Of a stretch of 64,000 bases of DNA, positions 48,636-57,870 are shown piece by piece. The stretch comes from an uncultured Actinomycetota bacterium (GTDB taxonomy: Bacteria; Actinomycetota; Actinomycetes; JAHEKZ01). How positions within the stretch are numbered: position 1 is the stretch's first letter; every line of letters begins with the position of its first letter. The notes under the pieces are model-generated. The model saw only the letters and a list, made by a program, of their open reading frames with translations, was not told the DNA's origin and searched no databases. The translations under genes were made by a program, and so were the position numbers. The stretch lies in NCBI GenBank assembly GCA_963718235.1, contig CAVQYR010000001.1:320001-384000 (forward strand), written 5' to 3'.

Positions 48636-49031
48636 ATGTCACGAGTCGTGCACTTCGAGATCCAGGCCGACGATGTTGAACGCGCCAAGGCCTTCTACTC
48701 CGCCACCTTCGGCTGGACCTACGAGGACTACGGCCAGTTCGTGGGCGGGACCTACTGGGGGATCACCACGGGTCCCGACGACGCGCCCGGCATCAATGGG
48801 GGACTGCTCCCGCGACCGGCGCCCACAGGGGGGCCGGGGCAGGGGACCAACGCGTTCGTGTGCACGATGGGAGTCGAGGACTACGACACGACCGAGGCCA
48901 AGATTCTCGCCGCCGGTGGTTCGGTCGCCCTGCCGAAGATGGCCCTCACGGGGATGGCGTGGCAGGGCTACTACATCGACACCGAAGGCAACACGTTCGG
49001 AATCCACCAGCCAGATCCCGACGCCGCCTGA
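48636..49031 (+). CDS. VOC family protein
   Basis: RVVHFEIQADDVERAKAFY, GINGGL, DTEGNTFG. Confidence 0.9.
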   Translation: MSRVVHFEIQADDVERAKAFYSATFGWTYEDYGQFVGGTYWGITTGPDDAPGINGGLLPRPAPTGGPGQGTNAFVCTMGVEDYDTTEAKILAAGGSVALPKMALTGMAWQGYYIDTEGNTFGIHQPDPDAA

Positions 49032-49185
49032 GCCGCGACGACGGCACCCGCGGTTGACCTCCGGCGACTTCGAGGGTGTTCACCCGGACAAGGGTGTGAC
49101 GAGGGACCGGATCGGGCACCGCCTGGCCGCACCGACAACGAGCCGTGGACGGCTCCGGTACTCTTTCGGGCCGCTCCGGCGCGCC

Positions 49186-50175
49186 CTACAACGGTGGGTA
49201 CTGTCTGCCAGTCGGCTCGTCGCGCTCGTAGACCTGCGAGGGCGGGCCCACGATGAGCGGGTCGGGGGTGCTGACGATGTCGAAGTCCTTGTCGCGGTAG
49301 TCGAACAAGGACAGCACCCACCGCATCGCCTCGAGCCGTCCCCGCTTCTTGTCATTGCTGCGAACGACGGTCCAAGGCGCCCAGTCGGTGTTCGTGTAGT
49401 AGAACATCGCCTCCTTGGCGTCGGAGTAGGCGTCCCACTTGTCAAGGGAGGCGAGGTCTGTGGGGCTGAGCTTCCACTGCCGCACCGGATCTATTCGTCG
49501 GATCGTGAACCGAGTGATCTGCTCCTTGCGGCTGACCGAGAACCAGAGCTTCACGATGGTCGTCCCCGAGCGGACGAGCATGCGTTCGAACTCAGGGACC
49601 TGGCGCAGGAATTCCCAGTACTCCTCGTCTGAGCAGAATCCCATCACTCGCTCGACGACGGCGCGGTTGTACCACGACCGGTCGAACAGCACCATCTCTC
49701 CAGCGGCCGGCAAGTGTTGGACGTAGCGCTGGAAGTACCACTGAGCCCGCTCGCGCTCGGTCGGCTTCAACAGCGCGACCACGTTGGCGCCGCGGGGGTT
49801 GAGGTGTTCCATGAATCGCTTGATGGTTCCGCCCTTGCCGGCCGCATCGCGCCCCTCGAAGAGGATCAGCACCCGCTGACCGGTCTTCCTCACCCAGGTC
49901 TGAAGCTTGAGCAGCTCGATCTGCAACAACCGCTTGTCGACCTCGTACTGCCAACGACGCATCCGGACGTCGTAGGGGTATCCCTCGCGCCACGTGTCCA
50001 CTGGCGTTCCGCCCGGCCCGAGCAGCACTGGGTCGTCGATCTCGTCCCAGGTTCCTTCGACGGCAAGTCCACGGTCCTGCAGCTCCTCGTCGGACAGCTC
50101 CTTAAGCGACGTGATGATGTCGGCCAGATCGACGACGGCTTCGATGTCGACCTCGTGTATGCGCGCGTCTGACAT
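49186..50175 (-). CDS. ppk2: Polyphosphate kinase 2
   Basis: FEGRDAAGKGG, HLNPRG, WYFQRY, FDRSWYNR, WKLSPTD. Confidence 0.95.
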   Translation of the reverse strand: MSDARIHEVDIEAVVDLADIITSLKELSDEELQDRGLAVEGTWDEIDDPVLLGPGGTPVDTWREGYPYDVRMRRWQYEVDKRLLQIELLKLQTWVRKTGQRVLILFEGRDAAGKGGTIKRFMEHLNPRGANVVALLKPTERERAQWYFQRYVQHLPAAGEMVLFDRSWYNRAVVERVMGFCSDEEYWEFLRQVPEFERMLVRSGTTIVKLWFSVSRKEQITRFTIRRIDPVRQWKLSPTDLASLDKWDAYSDAKEAMFYYTNTDWAPWTVVRSNDKKRGRLEAMRWVLSLFDYRDKDFDIVSTPDPLIVGPPSQVYERDEPTGRQYPPL

Positions 50176-50473
50176 GTCGCCTCCTGGCAACAAGCATGCA
50201 CCTCGACGGCTGGGCCGATCCGGACGAGCCCAAAGCGTCGCTGTCCGTTCACTCTCGTCCCTGGACGATGACTCCGTCGCATCAGAAGGAGCCCGTCGTG
50301 GTGCAGGCACGGCGGCGGTCCCCCGGGGTGCGGAGGTGACGGCACTCGGGCGAACGGTGTCGACCATCCCAGCTCAGGTCCCTGTGAGTGTCATGACAGG
50401 CCTTGCCAAGCAGGGTCGGCTACGGCCAGAGTGGCCCAAGCAACAGGGTGCCTGTCCGAGCGAGGAGGCCACC

Positions 50474-51058
50474 GTGCCTGATCCCTACGAAGGCGCACAT
50501 GGGTTCGTCTTCCTGCACGACGACGACATGAGGGCACCAGCAGAGGTGATCGGCGAGCTGCGCCAGAACCTCAGAACTCCGGACGACCCCGACCGGCCAG
50601 TATTCTTTGCCGCGACCTTCCAAGGTGACTTCGCGGGGTTTGCTCACTTCGCTGCCGACGACCTCGAAGGTCTGGCGGACCTCACCGGATCGCTCCTGTT
50701 CGACGCGGGTATCCACTCGGACTACGCGGTGGAGGGTGTGTACTACAAGAACGCACGGTCGGTACCCATGGCCCCGAAGCGCAAGAGCCCTCGCTTCTGC
50801 GCGATCTGCCGAGTTCGCACGAGCGAGACACCCGCGGTCGTCCTCGACGCGATCGCCCGGGAGTTCGATGAGAGTGAGCCGTTCGTCGGAGGGTCACGGG
50901 TGATCGGGACCTTCCAGCTGCTCATCGAGCTGGGCAGTGACGACGAACCGAGTCTCGAGGTTGCGATCGAACGGCTGCTCGGTGTCTCGGGGGTGACCAC
51001 CGCCCAGGTCGGAACGACCGACACCGGACGCAGAGAAGACGAAGGGCGCAGTGCCTGA
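50474..51058 (+). CDS. Hypothetical protein, possibly tandem Lrp/AsnC-type (RAM) ligand-binding domains without an HTH
   Basis: GAGGAGG RBS before GTG 50474, 8-nt overlap with the cyclase start, two similar segments (FQGDFAGFAHFAADDLEGL / VIGTFQLLIELGSDDEPSL). Confidence 0.6.
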   Translation: MPDPYEGAHGFVFLHDDDMRAPAEVIGELRQNLRTPDDPDRPVFFAATFQGDFAGFAHFAADDLEGLADLTGSLLFDAGIHSDYAVEGVYYKNARSVPMAPKRKSPRFCAICRVRTSETPAVVLDAIAREFDESEPFVGGSRVIGTFQLLIELGSDDEPSLEVAIERLLGVSGVTTAQVGTTDTGRREDEGRSA

Positions 51059-54000
51059 GACACAGGCGGAACGAAAGCTCGCCACCGTCCTGTTCGTCGA
51101 CCTGACCGGCTTCACGGCCCTGGCGGCGTCGTTGGATCCCGAGGACGTCTTCTCCCTCATCAGACCGACCATGCTGGACCTCAAGCAGATCGCCGAGGCG
51201 CACGGGGCAACCGTCCCCGAGATCCAGGGTGACGGCTTTATGGCCCTGTTCGGTGTGCCCACCACCCACGAGGACGACGCGGAGCGGGCAGTGCGCGCGG
51301 CGCTGGCCTGCCGCGACCGCATCCGGGTGTTGAACGAGGGCCGCTCCGGGCTCACGATCCCCGAGACGCACTCGGGCGTGAACTCAGGTGAGGTGATGGT
51401 TGGCTCGTCCACGACGGACTTCGGCCTGACCGTGATCGGCGACGTGGTCAACACCGCATCGCGGCTGGCCGATCTCGCGCCCGCGGGAACAGTGATCGTC
51501 GAGGAGGGGACCTGGCAGCGGACCAAGCACGCCATCGGGTACGGGCCACGGCGTACCTTCCGGGCCAAGGGCAAGGCAGAGCCGGTGGCCGCGTTCGAGG
51601 CGCGGGCTCCGCGGACGGCGATGCCGGTCGGTCGGCGGACGCACCCAGGATCGGACTTCGTGGACCGGGTGGCCGAGCGCGAGGAGCTGGCGCAGGAGCT
51701 TCGCACGGTGAGCCGCGAGGGACGGCCGCGGGTCGTCATCGTGGCCGCCGAGCCCGGGGCGGGGAAGACGAGACTCGCCTCGGAGTTCACCCGCCGAAAC
51801 CCCGACCTTCTCGTTCTGGCCGGTCGAGCCACCGCCTACGGGCAGAGCACGCCCGTCTCGCCGCTCGGCGCCGCGGTGGCGGAGATCGTCGGGGTCCCGC
51901 CCGGAACGTCGGCGAAGGCAGGGCTGCGCCGCATCCGTGCCCTCGCCGACCGGATCGCGAGCGGCGGCGAGCGTCGTTCCCTGGTCCGAGGCATGTCCCT
52001 GCTGCTGGGGATCGGGATCGGGGACGAGGACGCAGCCCGCTCGCGGGGCACCGAGGAGGCCATCGCGGCCGCCCGAACCGTGCTCGAGGCGCTCGCCCGC
52101 GAGCGACCGATCGTCGTCCTGCTCGACGACCTGCAGTGGGCCGACCCGGCCGTGGTGGAGGCACTCCGCAGTGTCGGGGACCAGCCGTGGGTCGGTCCGA
52201 TCCTGTTCCTGGGCCTCACCCGTCCGGAATCGCTCCCCAGCCTGACGAACGTTCGAAGGATCGAGCTCGGGGCCATCCCCGGCCCGTTCATGGACGAGCT
52301 CGCCTCCCTCACCCTCGGCCAGGGGTCGGTCACTCCGGAGCTCACCGCCGTCATCTCTCGTGCGGGCGGCAACCCGCTGTTCCTCGAGGAGAGCATCAGC
52401 ATGCTGATGGAGTCGGGCGCGCTGGCCCTGACCGGCTCGGAGTGGGTCGTCGTCGATCCGGTTCAGCTGAGCCGGGTTCCGACGACTGTTCGTGCCGTCG
52501 CCGCCGCTCGACTGGACGGGTTGCCTGCCGACGAGAAGCGGTTGCTCCAGTGCGCTGCGGTCTCAGGCGAGATCACCTGGGACAGACTCCTCGACCGGCT
52601 GGCGCCGGAGATCGACGTGGGCGCGGCTCTGCGACGCCTCGTCGACCGAGACCTGCTGCGTCGACGCCGCGGTTCGCACGTGAGGGGGGCGACCGAGCTC
52701 GTCTTCAAGCATGCGCTGATTCGCGATGTCTCCTACAGCTCGCTGCCCCGTGAGGAACGCGTTCACCTGCACCTGGACGTCGCCGAATGGCTCGTCCAGG
52801 GCGCCCGGCCGTCGCGGGAGCCGGTCGACCAGCTTGCCCAGCACTACTGGCAGGCCTGGAGCCTGGCGACGGCGTCGACGGTCTCTGTTGCACCTGCTGG
52901 CCTGGCTCGGTCGGCGTCGCTGTTCGTCGGGCGCTGGGCCGACGAGACGATGCGCTACCAAGCCCTGGCGGCCGAGTCGCTGTACTCCCGCGCGATCGCC
53001 GTGGATCGGGCCGGCGGGGACGAAGTCGAGCCGGAGCTGTGCACCCGGCATGCGATCGGGCACGCCGAGTGTCTGATCGAGCTGGGCCGCCACGCGGAGG
53101 CCAAGGTCGCCGCCGTCCGGGCGCTCGAGCTCGCCGGAACGCTGGGCGACGAGCGTCTGGAGGCCCGAGCCCTCGTCGCCCTGGGCCGGGTGGAGTCCGA
53201 CGTGGGCGACGATGCCGAAGCTCGCGTGCTGCTCGAGCGGGCACTGGTCGCCTTCCAGACGGTCGGCGACGTGTCCGGGGTGGCGTGGGCCACCCACAGG
53301 CTGTCAGAGCTGTCCGCCCGGACTGACTACGCCGAGAGTCTGGAGTACCTGCGGGTGGCTCACCGGCTGTTCGTCGAGTCCGGCGACCACTGGGGGCGGG
53401 TGATCTCAGCCCAGGACCTGGCCTACATGTTGAGCATGGTGGGAGGCGCGGAGTTCCGCCGCTGGTACCGCGAGTGTGAGCGGCTGGCTGAGGGTGAAGG
53501 CGACCTGCGGTCGCGGGCTGCGTTGCTGCGGACGCTCGGTTACCACCAGTACTACTGCGGAGAGCACGAGGCGGCCATCGCGACCATGCACGAGGCCGGA
53601 CCGGTCGCCCGAGCCGCCGGCGACCGCTATGCGCTGGCGGATGCCTTGCTGATCGAGGCCCTGGCTGCGGCGGCCGTGAGTCCGCCCAAGGAAGCATGGG
53701 TCGCTGCGGAGGCGGTCGTGACGTTCGGAGGTGACATCCAGTCGGACCGGTTGAAGGGCCTCGGACTGGCTGCTGAGGGCCGGGCGGCCTTGCGCGGTGG
53801 TGACCCGCGCCGCGCGACCCGCTGCCTCACTGCCTGCCGACGCACTCTCGGTCGGCTGGGCGCCCGCGCTGAGCTGGCCGAGGCGGACCTGATCACAGCC
53901 GAGGTGATGCTCGACCGAGGGGCGTGGGGGAGGGTCCGCGAGCCCGCGATGAACGGCGCCCGAGAAGCCGTGGCGAACTCGATGACCCTCGTCGAGCCCA

Positions 54001-54485
54001 TCGGGCCGCTCCTGGTCGGCCGGGCGGCGCTCGGCGCCGGTGACCTCGCGCAGGCGAGCACGGTGCTGACCCAGGCAGTCGCGCTGGCCCGCGGCTCCGG
54101 GGCGAGTGGAACCCTCGCCGTGGCGCGTGCCGCGCGAGACCAGGCACTGCTCCTGTCGGCCCGAAAACCTCGTCCCCGTCGACTTCGAGGGCCAGGAGTC
54201 GTGGCCCAGGCGATAGAGGAGGAGAACCACGGTCTGGTGTGCCTGTGGGAGCAGCGGTACGAGGACGCTGCCGTGTCGTTGCAGCGCGCCGTTGACCACT
54301 GGGGGCTCCTCGGCTCGACGGTGTGGCTGGCCCGCGCCCTGGTGATGCTCGGCGACGCGCGTCGACGGGCAGGCGATCGATCGGGGTCGGCGTCCGCGCG
54401 ATCACGCGCCCGACGGGTGCTCGCGCGGCTGGACACACCCGATGCCGAGCGTCAGGACGTGATGGATGTCCTGAGCCGTTGGTGA
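51051..54485 (+). CDS. Class III nucleotide cyclase + STAND/AAA ATPase + TPR-like repeats
   Basis: TVLFVDLTGFT, QGDGFMALFG, GDVVNTASRL; EPGAGKTRL, LLDDLQWAD, GGNPLFLEE, FKHALIRD; long Ala/Leu/Arg-rich helical repeats. Confidence 0.92.
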   Translation: MPETQAERKLATVLFVDLTGFTALAASLDPEDVFSLIRPTMLDLKQIAEAHGATVPEIQGDGFMALFGVPTTHEDDAERAVRAALACRDRIRVLNEGRSGLTIPETHSGVNSGEVMVGSSTTDFGLTVIGDVVNTASRLADLAPAGTVIVEEGTWQRTKHAIGYGPRRTFRAKGKAEPVAAFEARAPRTAMPVGRRTHPGSDFVDRVAEREELAQELRTVSREGRPRVVIVAAEPGAGKTRLASEFTRRNPDLLVLAGRATAYGQSTPVSPLGAAVAEIVGVPPGTSAKAGLRRIRALADRIASGGERRSLVRGMSLLLGIGIGDEDAARSRGTEEAIAAARTVLEALARERPIVVLLDDLQWADPAVVEALRSVGDQPWVGPILFLGLTRPESLPSLTNVRRIELGAIPGPFMDELASLTLGQGSVTPELTAVISRAGGNPLFLEESISMLMESGALALTGSEWVVVDPVQLSRVPTTVRAVAAARLDGLPADEKRLLQCAAVSGEITWDRLLDRLAPEIDVGAALRRLVDRDLLRRRRGSHVRGATELVFKHALIRDVSYSSLPREERVHLHLDVAEWLVQGARPSREPVDQLAQHYWQAWSLATASTVSVAPAGLARSASLFVGRWADETMRYQALAAESLYSRAIAVDRAGGDEVEPELCTRHAIGHAECLIELGRHAEAKVAAVRALELAGTLGDERLEARALVALGRVESDVGDDAEARVLLERALVAFQTVGDVSGVAWATHRLSELSARTDYAESLEYLRVAHRLFVESGDHWGRVISAQDLAYMLSMVGGAEFRRWYRECERLAEGEGDLRSRAALLRTLGYHQYYCGEHEAAIATMHEAGPVARAAGDRYALADALLIEALAAAAVSPPKEAWVAAEAVVTFGGDIQSDRLKGLGLAAEGRAALRGGDPRRATRCLTACRRTLGRLGARAELAEADLITAEVMLDRGAWGRVREPAMNGAREAVANSMTLVEPIGPLLVGRAALGAGDLAQASTVLTQAVALARGSGASGTLAVARAARDQALLLSARKPRPRRLRGPGVVAQAIEEENHGLVCLWEQRYEDAAVSLQRAVDHWGLLGSTVWLARALVMLGDARRRAGDRSGSASARSRARRVLARLDTPDAERQDVMDVLSRW

Positions 54486-54519
54486 CACCGACTGGGTGAG
54501 CGCGCAGACCTCGCTGCGG

Positions 54520-54700
54520 TCGCGGTCCCTCGGTGAAGCAACGGGATCGGCCCGGGCGACCCGGACGGCGAAACACCCAGGACGGGCGTTGTGCATGTGC
54601 ACGAAGTCGACCCGCGTGTCCAAGAACAGCCGGTCGAGCTCTGCTTCGAGCTTCGTGCCCTCGACGACCTCGGCGTCGGCCATCATGGCCGCGGCGTCTG
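54520..54700 (-). pseudogene. DUF1203 C-terminal fragment
   Basis: MMADAEVVEG...LF.DTRVDFVHMHNARPGCFAVRVAR. The N-terminal part is missing. Confidence 0.6.
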
Positions 54701-54951
54701 GGCGTCAATGCCACTCTCGCGGATCGCAGGCCGCGAGACCGGCGAGTTTCGGACCGGGCATGGGCGTGCCGACCGCTGGGGACGCAGCGCGGCGGGTGAG
54801 GTCAGGGCGGTCGGACTCCCAGCGGCACGTGTCGCACAGCTGACAGCCCCCCTGTCGCCCAGACGACAGACAGACCCTGGACAGGCGGTGCACACTGAGT
54901 ACGTCAGAACGGCCCGGTCCCCCCGGGACCACTCCAACGGAGGAGCGCACC

Positions 54952-55104
54952 ATGTCAGACACCACCCAGCCCGACGCCACCCAGCCCACACCCGAAGACG
55001 ACACCGAAGGCTCGATCCTGCGGCACCCGAAGGCACAGGTCGAGGACGAGACGGCCGTCGAGGACGACACCCAAGGTCACATCGCGAGGGGCCACGGCAA
55101 GTAG
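54952..55104 (+). CDS. 50-aa acidic/basic repeat peptide (putative precursor), not in the ORF track
   Basis: GGAGGAG RBS 6 nt before ATG and GC3-rich codons. MSDTTQPDATQPTPEDDTEGSILRHPKAQVEDETAVEDDTQGHIARGHGK. Confidence 0.75.
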   Translation: MSDTTQPDATQPTPEDDTEGSILRHPKAQVEDETAVEDDTQGHIARGHGK

Positions 55105-55191
55105 ATCGTCGAGGACACCGACGCGAAGGCGTCCACGTACTCAGACCTGCGGGGACTGCTGCCGGGTTCGGAAATCCGGCGACGAGTGATC

Positions 55192-55239
55192 AACACCGAG
55201 CCTGGCCCGGATCACACGATCCGGGCCAGGCTCGGTGTT
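55192..55239 (+). terminator. Perfect 22-bp stem hairpin after the peptide gene
   Basis: AACACCGAGCCTGGCCCGGATC-ACAC-GATCCGGGCCAGGCTCGGTGTT, with no strong U-tract. Confidence 0.65.
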
Positions 55240-55384
55240 CGCATGACGTCGACGGCCATGAGTGGGCGCCCGGGAGGTACGGGTGGAGCAGTGCACGGCG
55301 CACCCATCGACCCCTGGCCCACCCTTGACCCGACGCGGGGCCCGCACCCATGATCCGCTGCAGGTTCCGACGAGGGAGCGAGCG

Positions 55385-57058
55385 GTGAGCGATCGATCGT
55401 CCGGAGGGTTTCGCTCAGCCCTGGCCCGGGCGGACTTCCGCAACCTGCTGTCCGGACTCGTCGTCTCGGGCACCGGCGACTGGATGTACAACGTCGCCCT
55501 GTTCGTGTACGTGCTGGACCGGACCGGTTCGCCGGGCTGGGTGGCCGCTGTCAGTGCGGTCAAGCTGCTGCCGGTCCTCCTCTTCAGCAGCGTCGGCGGT
55601 GTGGTCGCCGATCGGTACGACCGCCGGCGAGTGATGCTGGTCTCCGACCTGATCCGGGCGTTCCTCATGGTGGCGCTTGCGCTGATGGTCGGCGTCGACG
55701 GACCCCTCGCGTTCCTGCTGTTGATCGTGGCGGGGAGCTCGCTGGTCGGTACTCCCTACTACCCCGCAGTTGGTGCGCTGACCCCGAGCATGGTCGACGA
55801 GGACGACCTCGCAGCCGCAAACGCACTCAACGGCGCCGTGGACAACATCACGATCACGCTCGGGCCGGCTCTGGGCTCGGTCCTGCTCCTGCTTGGCTCA
55901 CCCTCCACGGCGATCGCCCTGAACGCAGTCACGTTTCTGGTGTCGGCGGCGTTCGTCTGGCGCATCCGGGGTCCGGCTCCCGGCGATCCGGACGCGAGCT
56001 CGCAGACGCTTCGGAGCCGCCTGGCGGCCGGGCTTGGAGCGATGACGCGTTCGCCGGACATCATGCTGCTGGTGCTCGTCTCGCTGGGGTTCACGCTGAC
56101 CTTCGGTATGGAGATCGTGCTGTTCCCGCTCATTGCCGATGAGCTGCTCGGAACCGGTGCGCAAGGCCTGGGGTGGCTGCTCGGGGCGTCCGGGCTGGGT
56201 GGGGTGCTCGGTACCTACGTTGCTGGGCGTCTGGCCGGCCGGCCACGGACCGCGATCATCCTGGTCGGGTCGGCGCTCCTGACGGCGTTGCCCCTGCTGG
56301 CGCTCACCGTGATCAGCCAGCCCGTGGTCGCGTACGCGGTGCTCCTGGCCGAGGGAGTGGGGTTCGTCGTCGGCGACGTCATCGCTGTGACGACGATCCA
56401 GCGGGTTGCTCCCGGCGAGGTGGTGGGTCGCGTGCTCGGCCTGCTCGGCACCGTGTTCGTCGGGGGGATCCTCGTCGGCAACCTGGTCGCGGGTGTGGCC
56501 GTCGACGCGGTCGGACTGGAAGGGGCCATGGTCCTCGGCTCGGCGTGCCTGATCGTGAGCGGACTGGCCGCGCTGCCTCGCGCCCGTCGGCTGGACCGTC
56601 AGTCGGCCGAGAGCGCGGCTGCGGTCGCGGACCGCGTCGCGTTGCTCCGACGACTGCGCATCTTCGACGGAGCCTCCCAGGCGACTCTGGAGTCGGTAGC
56701 CGCCGCTGCGACGGACCTTCACGTCACGCCCGGCACCGTGGTTGTCCGCGAGGGCGACACCGGGGACGCCTTCTACGTGGTGAGGACCGGCAGCTTCATG
56801 GTCAGTCCGGTCGGCCGGACGCTCGGAGCGGACGACTACTTCGGTGAGATCGGAATCCTCGAACGGGTGCCCCGCACCGCCACCGTCACCTCCACGACCG
56901 ACGCCGACCTGTACCGGATCGAGGCCGATGCGTTCGTCGCGGCGATCAACGAGGCCCCGGCCGGCATGCTTCGCCTGGCGGACACCCTGGCCGGGCGACT
57001 GGCCCGCACCCACCCGTCCCGCCGCGCCACGTTCAGCGGGCGTGAGCCCAGCGAGTAG
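55385..57058 (+). CDS. MFS transporter (DHA3/MFS_3-like) fused to a C-terminal cyclic nucleotide-binding domain
   Basis: GGVVADRYDRRRVM MFS motif A, about 12 TMs, then VVREGDTGDAFYVV...YFGEIGIL..PRTATV. Confidence 0.9.
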   Translation: MSDRSSGGFRSALARADFRNLLSGLVVSGTGDWMYNVALFVYVLDRTGSPGWVAAVSAVKLLPVLLFSSVGGVVADRYDRRRVMLVSDLIRAFLMVALALMVGVDGPLAFLLLIVAGSSLVGTPYYPAVGALTPSMVDEDDLAAANALNGAVDNITITLGPALGSVLLLLGSPSTAIALNAVTFLVSAAFVWRIRGPAPGDPDASSQTLRSRLAAGLGAMTRSPDIMLLVLVSLGFTLTFGMEIVLFPLIADELLGTGAQGLGWLLGASGLGGVLGTYVAGRLAGRPRTAIILVGSALLTALPLLALTVISQPVVAYAVLLAEGVGFVVGDVIAVTTIQRVAPGEVVGRVLGLLGTVFVGGILVGNLVAGVAVDAVGLEGAMVLGSACLIVSGLAALPRARRLDRQSAESAAAVADRVALLRRLRIFDGASQATLESVAAAATDLHVTPGTVVVREGDTGDAFYVVRTGSFMVSPVGRTLGADDYFGEIGILERVPRTATVTSTTDADLYRIEADAFVAAINEAPAGMLRLADTLAGRLARTHPSRRATFSGREPSE

Positions 57059-57132
57059 CGCGAGACGGGTTCCCGACGGCGACCCGGCCGGATCCCATGC
57101 GTCCGGCCCCCGCCACCGCTAGCATCCGATCA

Positions 57133-57870
57133 ATGGACAGCAACGAGCTCGTCGCGCGGCTCGCGGACCTTGCCGGCGAGCTCGGGCCGGGGCTGGAACC
57201 CCCTGGGGCAACCGACCAGCTGCAGGACATCGTCGAGACCGTTCGGGACCTTCTGGGCTCTGCGGCGTGCTCGGTCGCCGCAGTCGACCGTGACGAGGGA
57301 ACCCTTGTGTTCGTTGCCGCCACCGGGGAGGGCGCGGACCGCGTGGTCGGCGCCCAGATGCCGCTGTCGAAGGGGATCGCGGGCTGGGTCGTCGCCTCGG
57401 GGCAGTCGCTCACTGTCTCGGACACGGCACAGGACTCCCGCTTCGCCGCCGACGTCGCCACCTCGACGGGGTACGTACCCACCTCGTTGCTGGCTGTGCC
57501 ACTCCACAGCGACGACGACGTGCTCGGCATTCTGGAGGTCCTCGACGCCACAGTCGAGCCGGACGCCGGCACCTCACGGCTGCTGGAGCTGTTGGCCCAG
57601 CAGGCCACGCTGACCCTGCAGACCCGCCGAGTCTTCGCCGACCTGGGCTTCGTCCTGCTGCAGGCCCTGAAGGGTGCGGATCAAGGTGGCGACCTGAGTG
57701 ATGCTCTCGACGCGGTGGTGACCGGCAGCAGTGGGTCGGTCAGGGAGCTGGCGAGGCTTGCCACGCTGTTCCAGTCCCTGGGTCGACTCGGCCCTGACGA
57801 ACGGTCTGCGGCGACGCGCATGCTGACGACGTTCGTCTCGTACGCGCAACAGGCGGCACCACAGCCGTGA
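57133..57870 (+). CDS. GAF domain protein with short helical C-terminus and no output domain
   Basis: LVFVAATG, GIAGWVVASGQSL, DSRF, SLLAVPL, LGILEVLD. Confidence 0.88.
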   Translation: MDSNELVARLADLAGELGPGLEPPGATDQLQDIVETVRDLLGSAACSVAAVDRDEGTLVFVAATGEGADRVVGAQMPLSKGIAGWVVASGQSLTVSDTAQDSRFAADVATSTGYVPTSLLAVPLHSDDDVLGILEVLDATVEPDAGTSRLLELLAQQATLTLQTRRVFADLGFVLLQALKGADQGGDLSDALDAVVTGSSGSVRELARLATLFQSLGRLGPDERSAATRMLTTFVSYAQQAAPQP

